DNA of 64,000 nucleotides from Amoebidium appalachense (GCA_963693365.1 CAVNZM010000002.1:11898328-11962327), one strand, 5' to 3'. Shown: positions 37,419 through 50,464, numbered from the stretch's first letter. Notes: generated by a model from the sequence alone, not told the origin. Translations and numbers: made by a program.

Positions 37419-37649
37419 GGGGGGGGGGGGGGGGGACCATGAGATCGTATGGAAGGTGGAGAAGGAGCTAAACACGGGTGAGGGGGGGGAGGGAGGGGAT
37501 TGGAGTCCAGTGAGTTGGGGGTGGGGGTGGGGGTTGCGGGTGGGGGATAGGAGGGGAAGACCAAATTACCGGAGGCGGACAGCTCAAGGCTGTGTATGTG
37601 TTTGTCGCTGTGTGTCTGTATATGTTAATGCGCGTCTGCCATGGTCCAC

Positions 37650-37680
<31 letters not shown>

Positions 37681-37736
37681 CGTGTGTGTGTGTGCGTGTG
37701 TGTGCGTGTGTGTGCGTGCGTGCTTGTGTGTGTTGT

Positions 37737-37806
<70 letters not shown>

Positions 37807-39552
37807 GTGTGTTGTGTGTGTGTGTGGGTGTGTGCGTGGGTGGGTGCGTGGGTGTGGGTGTGTGGGTGTGCGCATGCGTCTGTGTGTGCAGGGCAGAGGG
37901 GGGATGGAGGGGGCTGATGGGAGGGATGGGCGGAGTGGAAAGGAGAGGTGGGGGGAATTATGGGCTGGGGAGGTGGGAAGGCCCCGGGTAAAAATGCTGC
38001 TAAAGCAAAACACAATCAGTATGCTTTAGTTTGATAACTCCAAGCAAAACACTGAAAGCCGGAATATATGAGACTCGGGAAGGGCCCGACTTAGGAGGAG
38101 AGGATGAGGGGAAGGGGGGGGGGGGGGGGGGGGTTGCGAGAGGGAGATGAGAGAAGAGTAACCATAGGGAAGAAAGGGGGCAAGGGGAGGGAAGGTGGGG
38201 GAGGAGCATTAGGGGGAGGGGGGCAAGGGAGGAAGAGGGACGGAAGGTGTCGGCCCCGGGGGAGAGGGAGGAGGAGGGGGGGGGGGGGGGGAGGGGGGGC
38301 TAAGGTCGACGCTACTTGCCTGAGACGGTTAAGGGAAAGAGAAAGGTTGTGCTGGTCGGAAAAGAATATTGTCTTATTTCTGTTTTTTTAAGTTACGTTT
38401 TCGAGTCATCCGTAATACTCTTAATGGATACGTGGTGGGGGTTTGCCTGGGGGGAAACGGGCTCCGAGGAGGAAGCAGGGAGAGGAAGGGGGGGGGGGGG
38501 GGGGGGGGGGAGTTAAGGGTAGAAGAGACATTATTTGGTAGGGTTTGGGAGGGTTGGGGTGGGGTAGGGGAGGGGGGATGCAAGTGACGGGAAAAGGACG
38601 GGCCTCAGGGGGACAGGAGGGGGGAAGAGGGAGAGTGTGGGAAGAGGAAAGAGAAGGGTGAAGGAGGGCCCCGCGAAGGGGGGGGAGGGGGAAGAGGGAA
38701 TCCGGGGGGGGGGGGGGGGGGAGGGGGGAGGGGGGGAGGGGGGGATGGGGGGGGATGGGACGAAGGACGTACTAGCATGTAATGTGCAGAAGAAGAGAAC
38801 CTGGTTGCAGGTGTATGCGCGACGTAGAGGGATGGAGAGAGCGCAAACACAGTGAGAATAAACCGGTGGGCTGGGGGGGAGGGGGGAGGGGGAGGAGGGA
38901 AGAGGGGGAGGGGGGGATGAAGGGAGGGCAGGGGGGAGAGTGGTGAGAGTAAGACGGTGGGTCGGGAAACTTTCGGAGGAGGACGAGGAAAGAGAAGGGA
39001 GGGGGGAGGGGAGAGGGGAGAGTGGTGATAGTAAGACGGTGGAGTGGGGGGGGGGGGGGGGGGGGAAGGGAGGGGGAGGAGAGAGGGGAGAGTGGTGAGT
39101 AAAACGGTGGGGGGGGGGGGGGGGGGGGAGGAGGGAACAGAATAGGGGGGGGAAGGAGAGAGGGGAGAGTGGTGAGAGCAAAACGGTGGGGCGGGGGGGG
39201 GGAGGAGGAGAGGGGGAAGGTGGGGGGAGGGGGGGGAGGAGGGGGAGGGGGAGAGGGGAGTGTTTTGGAGGAGGGTGAAATGTTAAGAGGTCGGGTAGAG
39301 TAGAGATGTGTGTCGTGTGTCTGTTGTGTGTGTGTGCGTGTGCACGTGCGTGTGTGCATACACAATGTGTGTGTGTGTGTGCTTGGAGGGGGCAGGGGGA
39401 GGAGGAGGGGGGGGGGGGGGGGGGGGGGGGACACAAACTCGCTCTATGCTTTTTCCCACAGATTTTATTTCTTGCTTATCCACATGACAAGCTAACTGAA
39501 ATATACATTGAATGATGTCTTTTTCTTTTGCTGTACACACAGAACTTTCCAT
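29986..39552 (-). CDS. Unidentified multi-exon protein-coding gene (exon chain incomplete)
   Basis: Complex-sequence islands between SSR introns, with splice signals and open frames: 39552-~39440 MESSVCTAKEKDIIQCIFQLACHVDKQEIKSVGKSIER|gt; ~36645-36530 RPVYSRVLFQLVGSFLRSTRIP; ~34520-34343 DVRFWNEHAFAIQTSEFRGIDH; ~32710-32588 KLNGHLELPCGVNGTSGNTLSAVNLAQFVPW; terminal exon 30150-29986 ANKERSSVTVNFDDGTNEELAYYVPPPDK...ESF*. No family recognised. Confidence 0.4.
38933..39190. repeat. Four copies of a ~30-bp unit (gagaggggagagtggtgaNagtaaRacggtgg) separated by G-rich spacers
   Basis: Copies start at ~38933, 39011, 39081 and 39157. Confidence 0.75.
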
Positions 39553-39769
39553 GCATAAAAAATTATAATACACTCCATCGTAGGTATTGAGGCTACACAA
39601 AATCGCTAGTGCACGGCTGTCTATATCATGTCTACCATGCTTCCCCACCCGTATCCGATATGATTCTTCAAACTTTACCACAACTATATAGTAAAAGAAA
39701 AGAAAACAAGCTAGACTACATCGCAAGATCAGTGAAATTTCACATTAGCGCCGCAATTGATTTAGGAAA

Positions 39770-42700
39770 TTACGCCGTGCAGGGCTTTGCCTTGGCGTCC
39801 TTGATGCACCAAGCGACGAAATCGGCGCCGGGGAACTCGCGGGGCACGCCCTTTGCATCGTACTGCCACACAAACTTGCCGGGCTTGACGCACTTTGCCA
39901 CCGTCACCTCGTTTGTATCATCATCATCATCGTTGGGGGGAACGGTGATGGAAAGTTCGTTCTTAGCGACACCCCTCGGCAGAACACGCACCATGTTGAT
40001 CTTCACGCCAACTGGACCGCTGAAGTAACACTTGAGCTGAGAGGAAACGGCGACGTTTTGCGTAAGATCATCGTTGGCGACGGGATCCTTAAAGTAACCC
40101 ACGTCCCTGTGCATCTCGATGCGGCCAGTCACCTTAACGCACGAACCGTTGCAGCCGGGGGGCTCCCACGTGTCAGAGCGAGCGTCGGGCTTGGCAAACG
40201 GGTTTGCGGTAACGGTGGCGACGTGCGTTGTTGTGGCGACGACGGGGGAAGGAGTAACAACGAGCGTGGTGGAGACAAACTGAGTTTCGGCGACGGTTTT
40301 GGGTGCGGCGGTGGTGGTTTCGGTGACGATGGCGGTGTTGCTCGCAACGACGGTCTCCGTTGTGACGACCTCGTTTGTGGTGGTGTGAACGAGGGTGGAG
40401 GTGGCGTGGTGCGTTGTGGTCTCAACGACGGTGGTGGCTTGCGTGGTGGTTTCGGTGGCGGTGTGTACGGCAGTTTGCGTAACGGTCTCCTGGACGATGG
40501 CGGTTACAGGGGCGACGACGGTGGAAACTTCCGTGTGTGTCACGTGGTTGACGGCGGTGGTGGTTACGTGGGCGGTGGTGGTTTCGGTGACGGTGTTCAC
40601 GTGGGTGACGTCCTGAGTCGCCGTGTGAACGAGTGTGGTTGTTGCCTCACCATCCTTGACGGTTTCGGTCTGCACAACGGTTTCGGTCTCCTTGGGTACC
40701 GTCTGTGTGTGAACTGCCGTGGAAGTGACGTAAGCAGTGGTAGTCTCGCGCGCCGTCGTAGCCTCAGTAACCTTCTCCGTTGTAGTTTCGACGGCGGTGG
40801 TCGTGTGAACGACAACGTTGGTTGTGGTGACGGTTTCGGTGACGTCCTTGAGGTTGCTAACGGTGGTGGTGTGCGTCTGCGTAACGACGTTGTTAACGGT
40901 GGTGGTTGCCATCTGTGTTTCAGTTTCCTTTTGCACAGTCGTAACGGTGACGGTGACGGGGCCTGGCAGGTCGATTCTGCTGGAGGGGGGACTTCAGCGG
41001 CGTCCGTTGTGGGCTGGGGTGTGGGCTCGGGTTCCTTGGTGGGCTCGGGCAGCTTGCTTGGCTCGGGCTCCTTGCTCGGCTCGGGCTCTACGGGCTTGGT
41101 GGGTTCGGGCTCAGCAGGCTTGGTGGGCTCAGACGCAGGCTCACTCGAGGGCTGTTCGGGCTCTTTCGTGGGCTCACTTGCAGGTACGGTGGACGGCTGC
41201 TCATTGGAAGACTCGGTGGGCTTAGTGGGCTCAGGCTCGGCGGGCTTTGTGGGCTCGGATGCGGGCTCACTCGAGGGGGTTTCGGGCTCCTTGCTTGGCT
41301 CGGGCTCCTTGCTTGGCTCGGGCTCTACGGGCTTAGTAGACTCAGGCTCGGCAGGCTTGGTGGGCTCGGGCTCCTTGGAAGGCTCGGCAGGCTTAGTGGG
41401 CTCGACGGTGGGCTCACTCGAGTGGTTTTCAGGCTCCTTGCTGGGCTCTGGCTCGGCGGGCTTGGTGGGCTCAGACGCAGGCTCACTGGACGGCTGCTCA
41501 GCGGGCTTGGTGGGCTCGGGCTCTGCTGGCTTAGTTGGCTCGCTTGCAGGCACGGTGGACGGCTGCTCATTGGAAGACTCGGCGGGCTTAGTGGGCTCGG
41601 GCTCAGCAGGCTTTGTGGGCTCGGATGCGGGCTCACTCGAGGGGTGTTCGGGCTCCTTGCTTGGCTCGGGCTCTACGGGCTTGGTGGGCTCAGAGGCAGG
41701 CTCACTGGACGGCTGCTCAGCTGGCTTGGTTGGCTCACTTGCAGGCACGGTGGACGGTGCTTCATTTGAGGGCTCGGCAGGCTTGCTGGGTTCGGGCTCC
41801 TTGCTAGGCACGGGTTCGGCGGGCTTGGTTGGCTCACTTGCAGGCTCGGTGGCGGGTGAGGACTCAGCGGGCTTGGTGGGCTCAGGCTCAGCAGGCTTTG
41901 TGGGCTCGGATGCGGGTTCGCTGGACGGGTGCTCGGGCTCCTTGCTGGGCTCAGGCTCCTTGGAAGGCTCGGGCTCGGCTGGCTTGGTTGGCTCACTAGC
42001 AGGCTCGGTCGATGGGGCTTCATTCGAAGACTCAGCTGGCTTGGTGGGCTCGGGCTCCTTGCTCGGCTCGGGCTCCTTGCTTGGCTCGGCGGGCTTTGTG
42101 GGCTCACTGGCAGGCTCGCTGGATGGCTGCTCGGGCTCCTTGGTTGGCTCGGGCTCTGCTGGCTTGGTGGGCTCGGGCTCCTTGCTTGGCTCCGCGGGCT
42201 TGGTGGGTTCTGCGGCAGCCTCGCTCGAGGGGCTTTCGGGCTCCTTGCTGGGCTCGGGCTCCTTGCTTGGCTCGGCTGGCTTAGTGGGCGCTGGCTCGGC
42301 GGGCTTGGTGGGCTCGGGCTCGGCGGGCTTGGTGGGCTCGGGCTCGGCGGGCTTGGTGGGCTCGGGCTCGGCGGGCTTGGTGGGCTCTGAAGCAGGCTCA
42401 CTCGATGGCTTCTCGGGCTCGGGGTCGACCGGCTTAACCGAAGGCACCAGTGCGCAGTCGGACGGGGTGTGGGTGACGGTGGCCGTGATGGTCTCCACAA
42501 CGGTCACAATGCTGGGCTCGGCCGGCTTCTCCGTGGGCACGGGGGCAGAGGGCAGGGCTGCAACCTCGCTCTCCGCTGGCTTCTCGACAACAGCAGTCTC
42601 GGCGGGCGGCTGTGGCTGCTCCTCCAGCACAGGCGGGGTCGACTCGACGGGCTTTTCGGCCGGCTTTTCGTCCTCAAGAGCAATGGGGGTGTGCGCAGGC

Positions 42701-43035
42701 TGCTCGGTGGTCTTAACTTCGGGTGTGGGTGCAGGTGCATCTTCCTGCTTGCGTGGTATGGCTATGTGTGTGTGCTTAGCATCAGCAGCGTGCGTTTCCT
42801 CCGCGTCGTGGTGAGCACGGGAACCGCTGGGGAGAGCATGGTGGGTGTGGTCTTCGGTGTGGGTGGCAACGTGTGTGGCATCATGGTGGGCAGGGGTACC
42901 GGTGTGCTGAGGGTGATTTTCATGAGTCACCTCTTCGCGCCTGAGAGCGGCATGGCGGCGAACAGAGACGCCGCTCGCGCCACCGCTGATGGATAATATG
43001 GCGATAGACGCCGCTACTATGCCTGCTAGCCTCAT
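39770..43035 (-). CDS. Large intronless secreted mucin/cell-wall-like protein (signal peptide, His-rich segment, EPTKPAEP repeats, Thr/Val-rich stalk, Cys-rich C-terminal domain); apparent 1-nt frameshift at ~40960
   Basis: ATG at 43035 begins MRLAGIVAASIAILSISGGASG (signal-peptide-like), followed by dibasic RR sites, a His-rich segment and ~500 aa of SSEPASEPTKPAEPEPSKEPE repeats. Adding one C at the C4 run (plus-strand GGGG 40958-40961) joins ...STCQAP to VTVTVTTVQKETETQMATTT... of ORF 39770-40936, which ends in a ~130-aa domain with 6 Cys. Joined length ~1090 aa. Confidence 0.85.
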
Positions 43036-43559
43036 CTTGGTAAGTTGGTAGGATGGGTGGGTTTTCAAACACACTCGACACGATGTGGGAGTGATGTTTG
43101 TGGGCCTGGATCGATGACTATATAGCCGCACTGCTGTGAATTGATTGGTTGGAGAGATGATTGGTTCAAGGGATTTGAAATAGATTACTTCTTCGAATTT
43201 ACTGAAACCGGATATGATCGAAAAACAAAGAATATAATATGTCTCTGGGTTTAGTTACTAAGCTTTTTTTTTTGTTGGTGAAAAAATGGCATAAATATCA
43301 ATGGTATGAGAGAGAAAGGTAGCGAGAAGCACATGATGCGAATGTAAACAATTTAAATAGCCGTCGAGCGCGGTAAATCATTCCTGACATTCCGATAGAT
43401 GACAAGATTCTCCTGACTGCCAACCTGTCTTCAAGTAAGCATAAATTATCTGTTGCGTGGTTTTTTTCTTCCATAATTATCTACAAATGGTCATATCTTA
43501 TTACAAATCTCTATTGGGCTGCGATTTATTATAAAGCCAGTGCACTGTTGTCGTGATAA

Positions 43560-43740
43560 TAGCCACGCCGGTGGGCTGCGAGGCTGCCGTGGGCCAGGAC
43601 CCGGGGCGGCACTGCCGCGGCAGTTTTGCAGCGCTTAGATAACCCAGAGTGATTGGTTTCAAATAACCCAATCGTTGGGCTTCCAGGACTCTATGACGTC
43701 ACGGCTAACCTTGATTGGTGCCTGGGATGGGCACGTCAAT
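43560..43740. promoter_or_regulatory. GC-rich putative promoter region upstream of the secreted-protein gene
   Basis: TGACGTCA (CRE/ATF) at 43694-43701, several CCAAT/ATTGG boxes, and the palindrome ACTGCCGCGGCAGT. Function is inferred. Confidence 0.35.
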
Positions 43741-43979
43741 AGCCTACACTAGCATTGAATACAAGCAGACCAGTTAGACGGCATAAACAAAAAAGAAAAA
43801 AAGGTGCAAAAAAAAAAAAAAAAAAAAAAAAAAAGTGGAAAATTATTTTGGAAACTACCAGCACCTGGGGAGTTTTACGGCCCCTAACTAGATGTAATGC
43901 CTGCCGTACGGTAACTTTCACGGTTTGACGTCATCAGCAGACTCGGTGACCACTGAGCTGCCAGCGGCGGCTTTCGCCC

Positions 43980-44038
<59 letters not shown>

Positions 44039-44055
44039 AAAAAAAAAAAAAAGGA

Positions 44056-44087
<32 letters not shown>

Positions 44088-44364
44088 ATCAAAAGAAGAG
44101 AAGAAAAAGCCTGAGAATTCGAAGAAGAAACGGAGGAAGAAGAATACCGCTGCCACCACCTCGTGCCATCACGCGGATGTACGTTGATGACCACATGTCC
44201 ACGTCATGTACAGTGCATGCACCACCTTCCTCCTGTTACCTCCTACCCGACCGGGGCCCCCCTTCCCGTTTGTTAAATGAAACATTTAGGCGGTCATCCC
44301 CCCCCCCCCCCCCCCCCCCCCGGGCAACACCCAATCGCTTCTCCCCCCCCCCCCCCTGGGGGCC

Positions 44365-44401
<37 letters not shown>

Positions 44402-44542
44402 CCCCTCTCCCCTTCCCCAATTGACGAATGTGCATTTCTTCTGGGCAGACGGCGGCGTTCATCAAGGCAGGTAGCCGGCCCGGCACTTAAGTGGGTGGTG
44501 GGGTGGTCGTGGGGTGGTGGTGACGGGTACTTTTTTTTTTTT

Positions 44543-44587
<45 letters not shown>

Positions 44588-45271
44588 GGGGGGGCAGTGC
44601 TGCCACCTTGAGTCCAATTATTGATTATTGCTTTTCAAAGCGTACGTACTGGCCTCGTACGAAAGCATTTGTATTCAATGCTTTACTCTCATAGGTGACA
44701 CGATTGCTACCCCACCACCCACCACCCACCTTTCCTTCTCGCCCCCGGATTCTCCAGCTGGGCTCTCCGGAGCCCGTTTCTCCAAATTTGAATTGGAGCA
44801 TAATTAATTCGTGTGCAATTAGTGCTGAGATGGCCATCATAGTAGCATGTATGTTGGAGATCTAGCAGGTTCTCTCTCAGAGAGTCTCGATACTATGATA
44901 TGTCTCCTCCCCCCCCCCCTCCCCTCGGGCCCCTCTCTCTCTCTGCCCCCCCCCCCCCCCCTCACTCTCACTCTCCCCCCCCCCCCCCTCTCTCTCCCTC
45001 TCTTTCTCCTCTCTTTCTCCCCCCCCCCCCCCCCCCCCTTCTCTCACTCACACTATCTCTCTTGCCCTCCTCTTCTTTCCCCCTCCCCCCTCCCTCCCTC
45101 CCTCCCTCTCCCTCTCTTCCACCCTTTCTCTCGCTCTCACTCTCTACTAGACTAAGTACGATCTACCTTCCCTCCATCCGTTTTATTGTCGCCATATTCG
45201 ATATCCCTGTCCTTTGCTCCTTGTGTAATGTTCCAAATAGGTGTGCGATTGATTCATTGCCACTGCAATAG

Positions 45272-45619
45272 TTAACGCAGAAGAAGCCTGAAATGCCCGT
45301 TAAAGCTGTTACAGTTTGGCCCAAAGTTTTTTTCAAAATAAATGTTTTTATGATGTCCGTTTCAAAATGTTTGCACTTGTAACACAGATGTATCACATCC
45401 GTAGAAGTCAACCCCCCCCCCCCCCCCCCCCCCCCTTCAGCCTCCCATCCGCCGCCCGATCCCGCTCCGCCCCCTTCCCGATGATTTGCCTTCACGCTGC
45501 AAATGAAGACTCGTGACACTGACATCTTTTTGTTTGAGACAGTCACACACACTCAAACCCCTCCGAACAAGCACACGTGTGCGCGCGCACAGACACACGC
45601 ACACACACGCACACACACG

Positions 45620-45692
<73 letters not shown>

Positions 45693-46138
45693 ACACTCAC
45701 ACACACAATCATGACGCGCGTGACGCGCGCAGAACCAAGACTACTAGTATTAGGCTACTAGGTCCGGCTCATATTCCCTTGGGTACCTCGCACTCGCATG
45801 TTGGGTAAACTTAAAAGGAGGCCCCCCGAGAGAGGAGGGGGGGGAGGAGGGGAGGAAGGGAGGGGAGGGGGGGGGGGCGCAGGAGGGGAGAGGGGACGGG
45901 GAGTGGGGGAAAGGGAGGGGGGAGGGGGGGGGGGGGGGGGGATGTGAAGACGACGCCACATAAGGCCATTCGTTTAAAAAAACTGAACATGATTTTCATT
46001 CCTCGCTGCCCCGTTTGGCTGCTTTGACAACATAGTCGTTTGCCATATTTAGATGGCATTTTTGAAATTGGTACATCGGTGCCAGACACAATACCAGCGC
46101 GTGTTAGCTAATCACGTGGCCAAACTGTGTGTCCATCA

Positions 46139-46174
<36 letters not shown>

Positions 46175-46853
46175 CCCCCCCTTCCCCCGTCAAACACACA
46201 CACACCGTGGCACACCCGCACACACCATCCCCCTCTTCCTCCCCCCCCCCCCCCCTCCCCCCCCTCCCCTCTCCCCCCCCCCCCCCCTCCAAAAAAAAAA
46301 AGAAAACAGAAAAGCATATGAAGCGTGCTATAACTTCTTTGAAAGAAATAAAGGATGAAAGAAGTGGGGAAGACGGGGTGAGGGAGAGGGGAGAGCTTGA
46401 GGAAAAAATGGAAAAGAAAAGGGAAAATAAAGGGAAATTGAAAACAGAAACTACTCCCCACGCGATAAACCGGTGACCGTCACACCCAGGTGTTCTGTTT
46501 CGGGACACGTATATGGTCTGGTACACGGACTATCGAAAACTACTGATTGAGACCCTACTGTAGGGGTCCAATCGGATATTTGCTTCCATTTTACCCGGTT
46601 TTCGCTTACCACTTTGTTGAGTTGTCATGATACCGTGAGTCAAGCAACCTTAGGCTGCATAATCATGTGCATGATCAGAGATCATCGTATTTATGTTCAC
46701 CAGAAACTTCATAAGATAGTTAACGAACCATTAGAAGGATGCCAACATGCACGGATCCGAATAGCAATTTCTGGAAACTGTTACAACGCTAACAATTTAT
46801 CATATTGAGCTCGAGGAGAATTTGATATGTTGGGGACACAGCATTGCGGACAA

Positions 46854-46917
<64 letters not shown>

Positions 46918-46928
46918 ACCTGCCAAAC

Positions 46929-46976
<48 letters not shown>

Positions 46977-47054
46977 TAATATAAACTCAGTGAAACACGA
47001 GCAGAAGAGCACACCGTGACACGAATTCCCTTCCCCCCTCCCCCCTCCTTCTTC

Positions 47055-47093
<39 letters not shown>

Positions 47094-47952
47094 CACCGGC
47101 ACACACACAATTACACGCACACAGACCACGCACACAGACACACATATGCACACACGCACACACACGGACACACACGCACGCACACACACACACACATGCA
47201 CCTGGCACGCACGCACAAACACACCCCCACATACATACACGCACACACAAACACATACACACACACAAACAAACACAAAGAGACACGCCACACACACACA
47301 CACACACACTTTCAACCCCCGACCACCTTCCGAGTCGATGAACATTTGTTCCCCACCCCACCCCCCCCCCCCCCCCCCCCTCCCCCCTCCCCCTCATCCC
47401 CCCCCCCCCCCCCAAAAAAAAGCACGTACACATAGCCTCCCGCCCACATTTTTGTGTGATCGGGCATGTGTTTGCGCAAGAGAGCGTGCGCCAGTCTGTG
47501 TGTGTTTCATGTGCACATGCACGTGCGTGCGTGGGTGCTTGCTTGCTTGTGTGTGTGTGTGTGTGTGTGTTGGAGGGGAGCGGGGAGGGGGGTTGGGTAT
47601 GAGCACAGCTTCTAGCCATTTGATTGACTGAGTCCATTTGGTGGCGCCAGGCGCTGACCTATTATTAGTACATATGTCAAAGCTTTTTTCAAGTTTAAAT
47701 CCGAAAGGAGAAATAGAATTTTCTATCGGCCGCCATAGTATATACCTATTTTGGCGCAGAATCATCTATTGCTGTTATGTGTCATGATCAGGGGACTCCA
47801 GACCCCCTCCCTTGCCCACTTCCCCTCACCCCACCCCACCCGCTCCTCCTCCACCCCCCACCCTATTCAATTGCAATCGTGTGTGTCTGCATGTGTGCGA
47901 CACGTGCATGTGTGTGTGGTGTGTGTGTCACGGTGTGTGTGTGTGTGTGTTT

Positions 47953-47983
<31 letters not shown>

Positions 47984-48187
47984 CCGGTGTGCACGTGTGT
48001 GTGTGCCACCGGGAGACTAGAGGGGGGAGGGGGGGCCCGGGGGGGTTCAACTTGCCTCAACCCTGCTGGGACGTCAACAGGTTAGAATAAGAAATAAGGC
48101 AGTTGTGTCAGGCACGTGATTACTCTCTTAGGAGGGAGGGTGGTTCTTTGTCCCCAAGGCATGTGTGTGTGTGCGTACACATGTGGT

Positions 48188-48227
<40 letters not shown>

Positions 48228-48890
48228 ACTTCATGCAGATGCAGGTTGTTGCAATGTATGTGTTGTAAGTAGGTTACAACTTTTAGCCCTCACACCCCAA
48301 TCACTACTCGACGTCGATCCGAATCCTGAAGCCAATCGCAACCCATGGAACTCGCTACAGCCCTCATCATTGTTTTGTTGATTTGTTTGTAAATTCGTGA
48401 TTGCATGTCTTCCTGTATCAGTATATCATTTCCCTGGATACCATTCAGGCATGCATGCCCATATTTATGAGATTAGCCATCTCTATTGCATATAATCGTA
48501 CTCGTGTGCAGTCCTAGGTAGGTTACCATCAAAACATTTCGCCAACATTGATATACGTATATATACATACAGAAATGTTAGCCATGAGTGAATCTGCACT
48601 TTTTCGCAACTATGTTTACACAAAACCAACCAACCACGACACCGAGTATATCAAGTAGGGAAGTCTAGACGATTCCATTAACACATACAGTAACAGTTTT
48701 GGGTGGAGAGCTTGTACATAATTGCGATACACGCTTTATTGCCCCAAACCACAGCAACACAACAAATGCTCGTGAGAAAAGTAGACATGAACCATCCGGC
48801 CAGACTCTGAACCCCATCTCATATCGAGTATGGTTATGTATATCGTATCAGAAAACATAATATTAATGTGCGTGGGCGGCACCTTTTATG
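45272..48890 (+). CDS. Possible unidentified multi-exon gene (fragments only)
   Basis: AG/GT-bounded open segments: ~46490-46560 VLFRDTYMVWYTDYRKLLIETL; ~47651-47737 ADLLLVHMSKLFSSLNPKGEIEFSIGRH; ~48573-48654 MLAMSESALFRNYVYTKPTNHDTEYI. The chain could not be closed. Confidence 0.3.
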
Positions 48891-49098
48891 AAGGGAATTA
48901 CCGTCCCAGATGTGACGTCATATGGACGTCATGTCATGATTCAGAAACTCCATCCACGGAGTTTCTGAATCAACAACGAAGTAAACCAATCTCAACTTGA
49001 GGCCTCGTGAATACATTTCTCTAGATCATTTTCGGTTATTTATGTGGCACAAGAAAGTGTTATAACAGACGGAAAAAATAAAAGAAAAGGAAAAAAAA

Positions 49099-49186
<88 letters not shown>

Positions 49187-49606
49187 GGGGGGAGTGAGTG
49201 AGAAACAAACCAAACAATACAGAAAAACGTGTAAAAATTAACCATTAAAGAAAGCTCTACACGGTCCATGCCCCCCTCATCGTTTCGTAACACAAACACA
49301 GCAACAGGGCAGGCACCCCGTGGTGCAAAAAAAAATAAAATAAAAAACAAAAAATAAAAACATGCTTGATGTATGTGTTTTTTTTGTGTGTGTGTGTGTG
49401 TGTGTGTGTGAGTGAGGGTATGCTCCCCGTCATTATCTTTAAAGCAAAAAAGGGGGGGAGGGGGTGCAGCCCAAATTTACACAATCCACATACTCCAGCC
49501 CTCACGTTCCCGCCGACCTAGAGTCCATCCATCCAATCGTGCGCCTTTATGGACGCTATGGCCAAATATCCACCAATCAAACCGGCCGCTCAAACCGTTA
49601 AGCGGC

Positions 49607-49941
49607 TTAAACCTTATTACTCGCCTTTTTAAAGCTCACCGAGATGCGGTTGGGCCCAATCATCAGCCCGCTCATGCTCTCGAGCGCAGCCCTTGCATGC
49701 TTCGGGTCGAAATACTTGACAAACCCGAATCCCTTACTGCGGCCCGTGTTTCGATCCATCATAACTTTCACACTTTCAATCGCGCCAAATGGCGAAAAAT
49801 AATGCCGAAGCCCGTCATCGTCGAGATCTAGGGGGAGGGGCGTGATGTAGAGGTTTCTCTCGTCGACAGGGGCGGCCGCAGCCGGGTTTGATTGGGCGGG
49901 AGCGCCATAGGGCTGGTAGCGGCTTGTACGTGGCGCCGCGG

Positions 49942-49986
<45 letters not shown>

Positions 49987-50064
49987 ATGTGTGTGTATGT
50001 GTGTGCGTGTGTGTTTTTTTTTTCCTTTTTTTCCTTTTCTTTTTTTTTTGGGGGGGGAGGGGGG

Positions 50065-50104
<40 letters not shown>

Positions 50105-50429
50105 GCGAGAGGGAGGGGAGGGTTAAAATATGGAACACGGCACGATGTACAACCACACGACGAGCAGCACGGTGCAGACACATGCACAGGCAAGCATTTA
50201 AGTACGCAACATCAGCAACACGTGCAGTGTGCAACATCAGCGGAGCCCATCCACGGAGGAAGGGGGGAGGGGGGGAGGTGGATTTGTGTGTGTGTGTGTG
50301 TTTGTGTGTGTGTGCACCCATGTACATGCGTGCGTGTGTGTTTTATTGCCAGTATGTGCATGAGCACGAGTATGCGTGTTGAGTGTTAGGAGGGTACCCC
50401 CCCCCCTTTTTTTTTTTTTTTTTGTGGTG

Positions 50430-50464
<35 letters not shown>

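Noticed and set aside
38320-38431. Possible second U12 intron (GTATCCAT ... TTCCCTTAAC ... AG, minus strand)
   Set aside because: The donor deviates from GTATCCTT and the downstream sequence is poly-C intron-like; better explained as a short exon (HNLSLSLNRL) ending at a GC donor.
40058-42814. 918-aa plus-strand Gly/Ser/Leu-rich ORF
   Set aside because: Antisense shadow of the repetitive secreted-protein gene; TTG start and no independent features.
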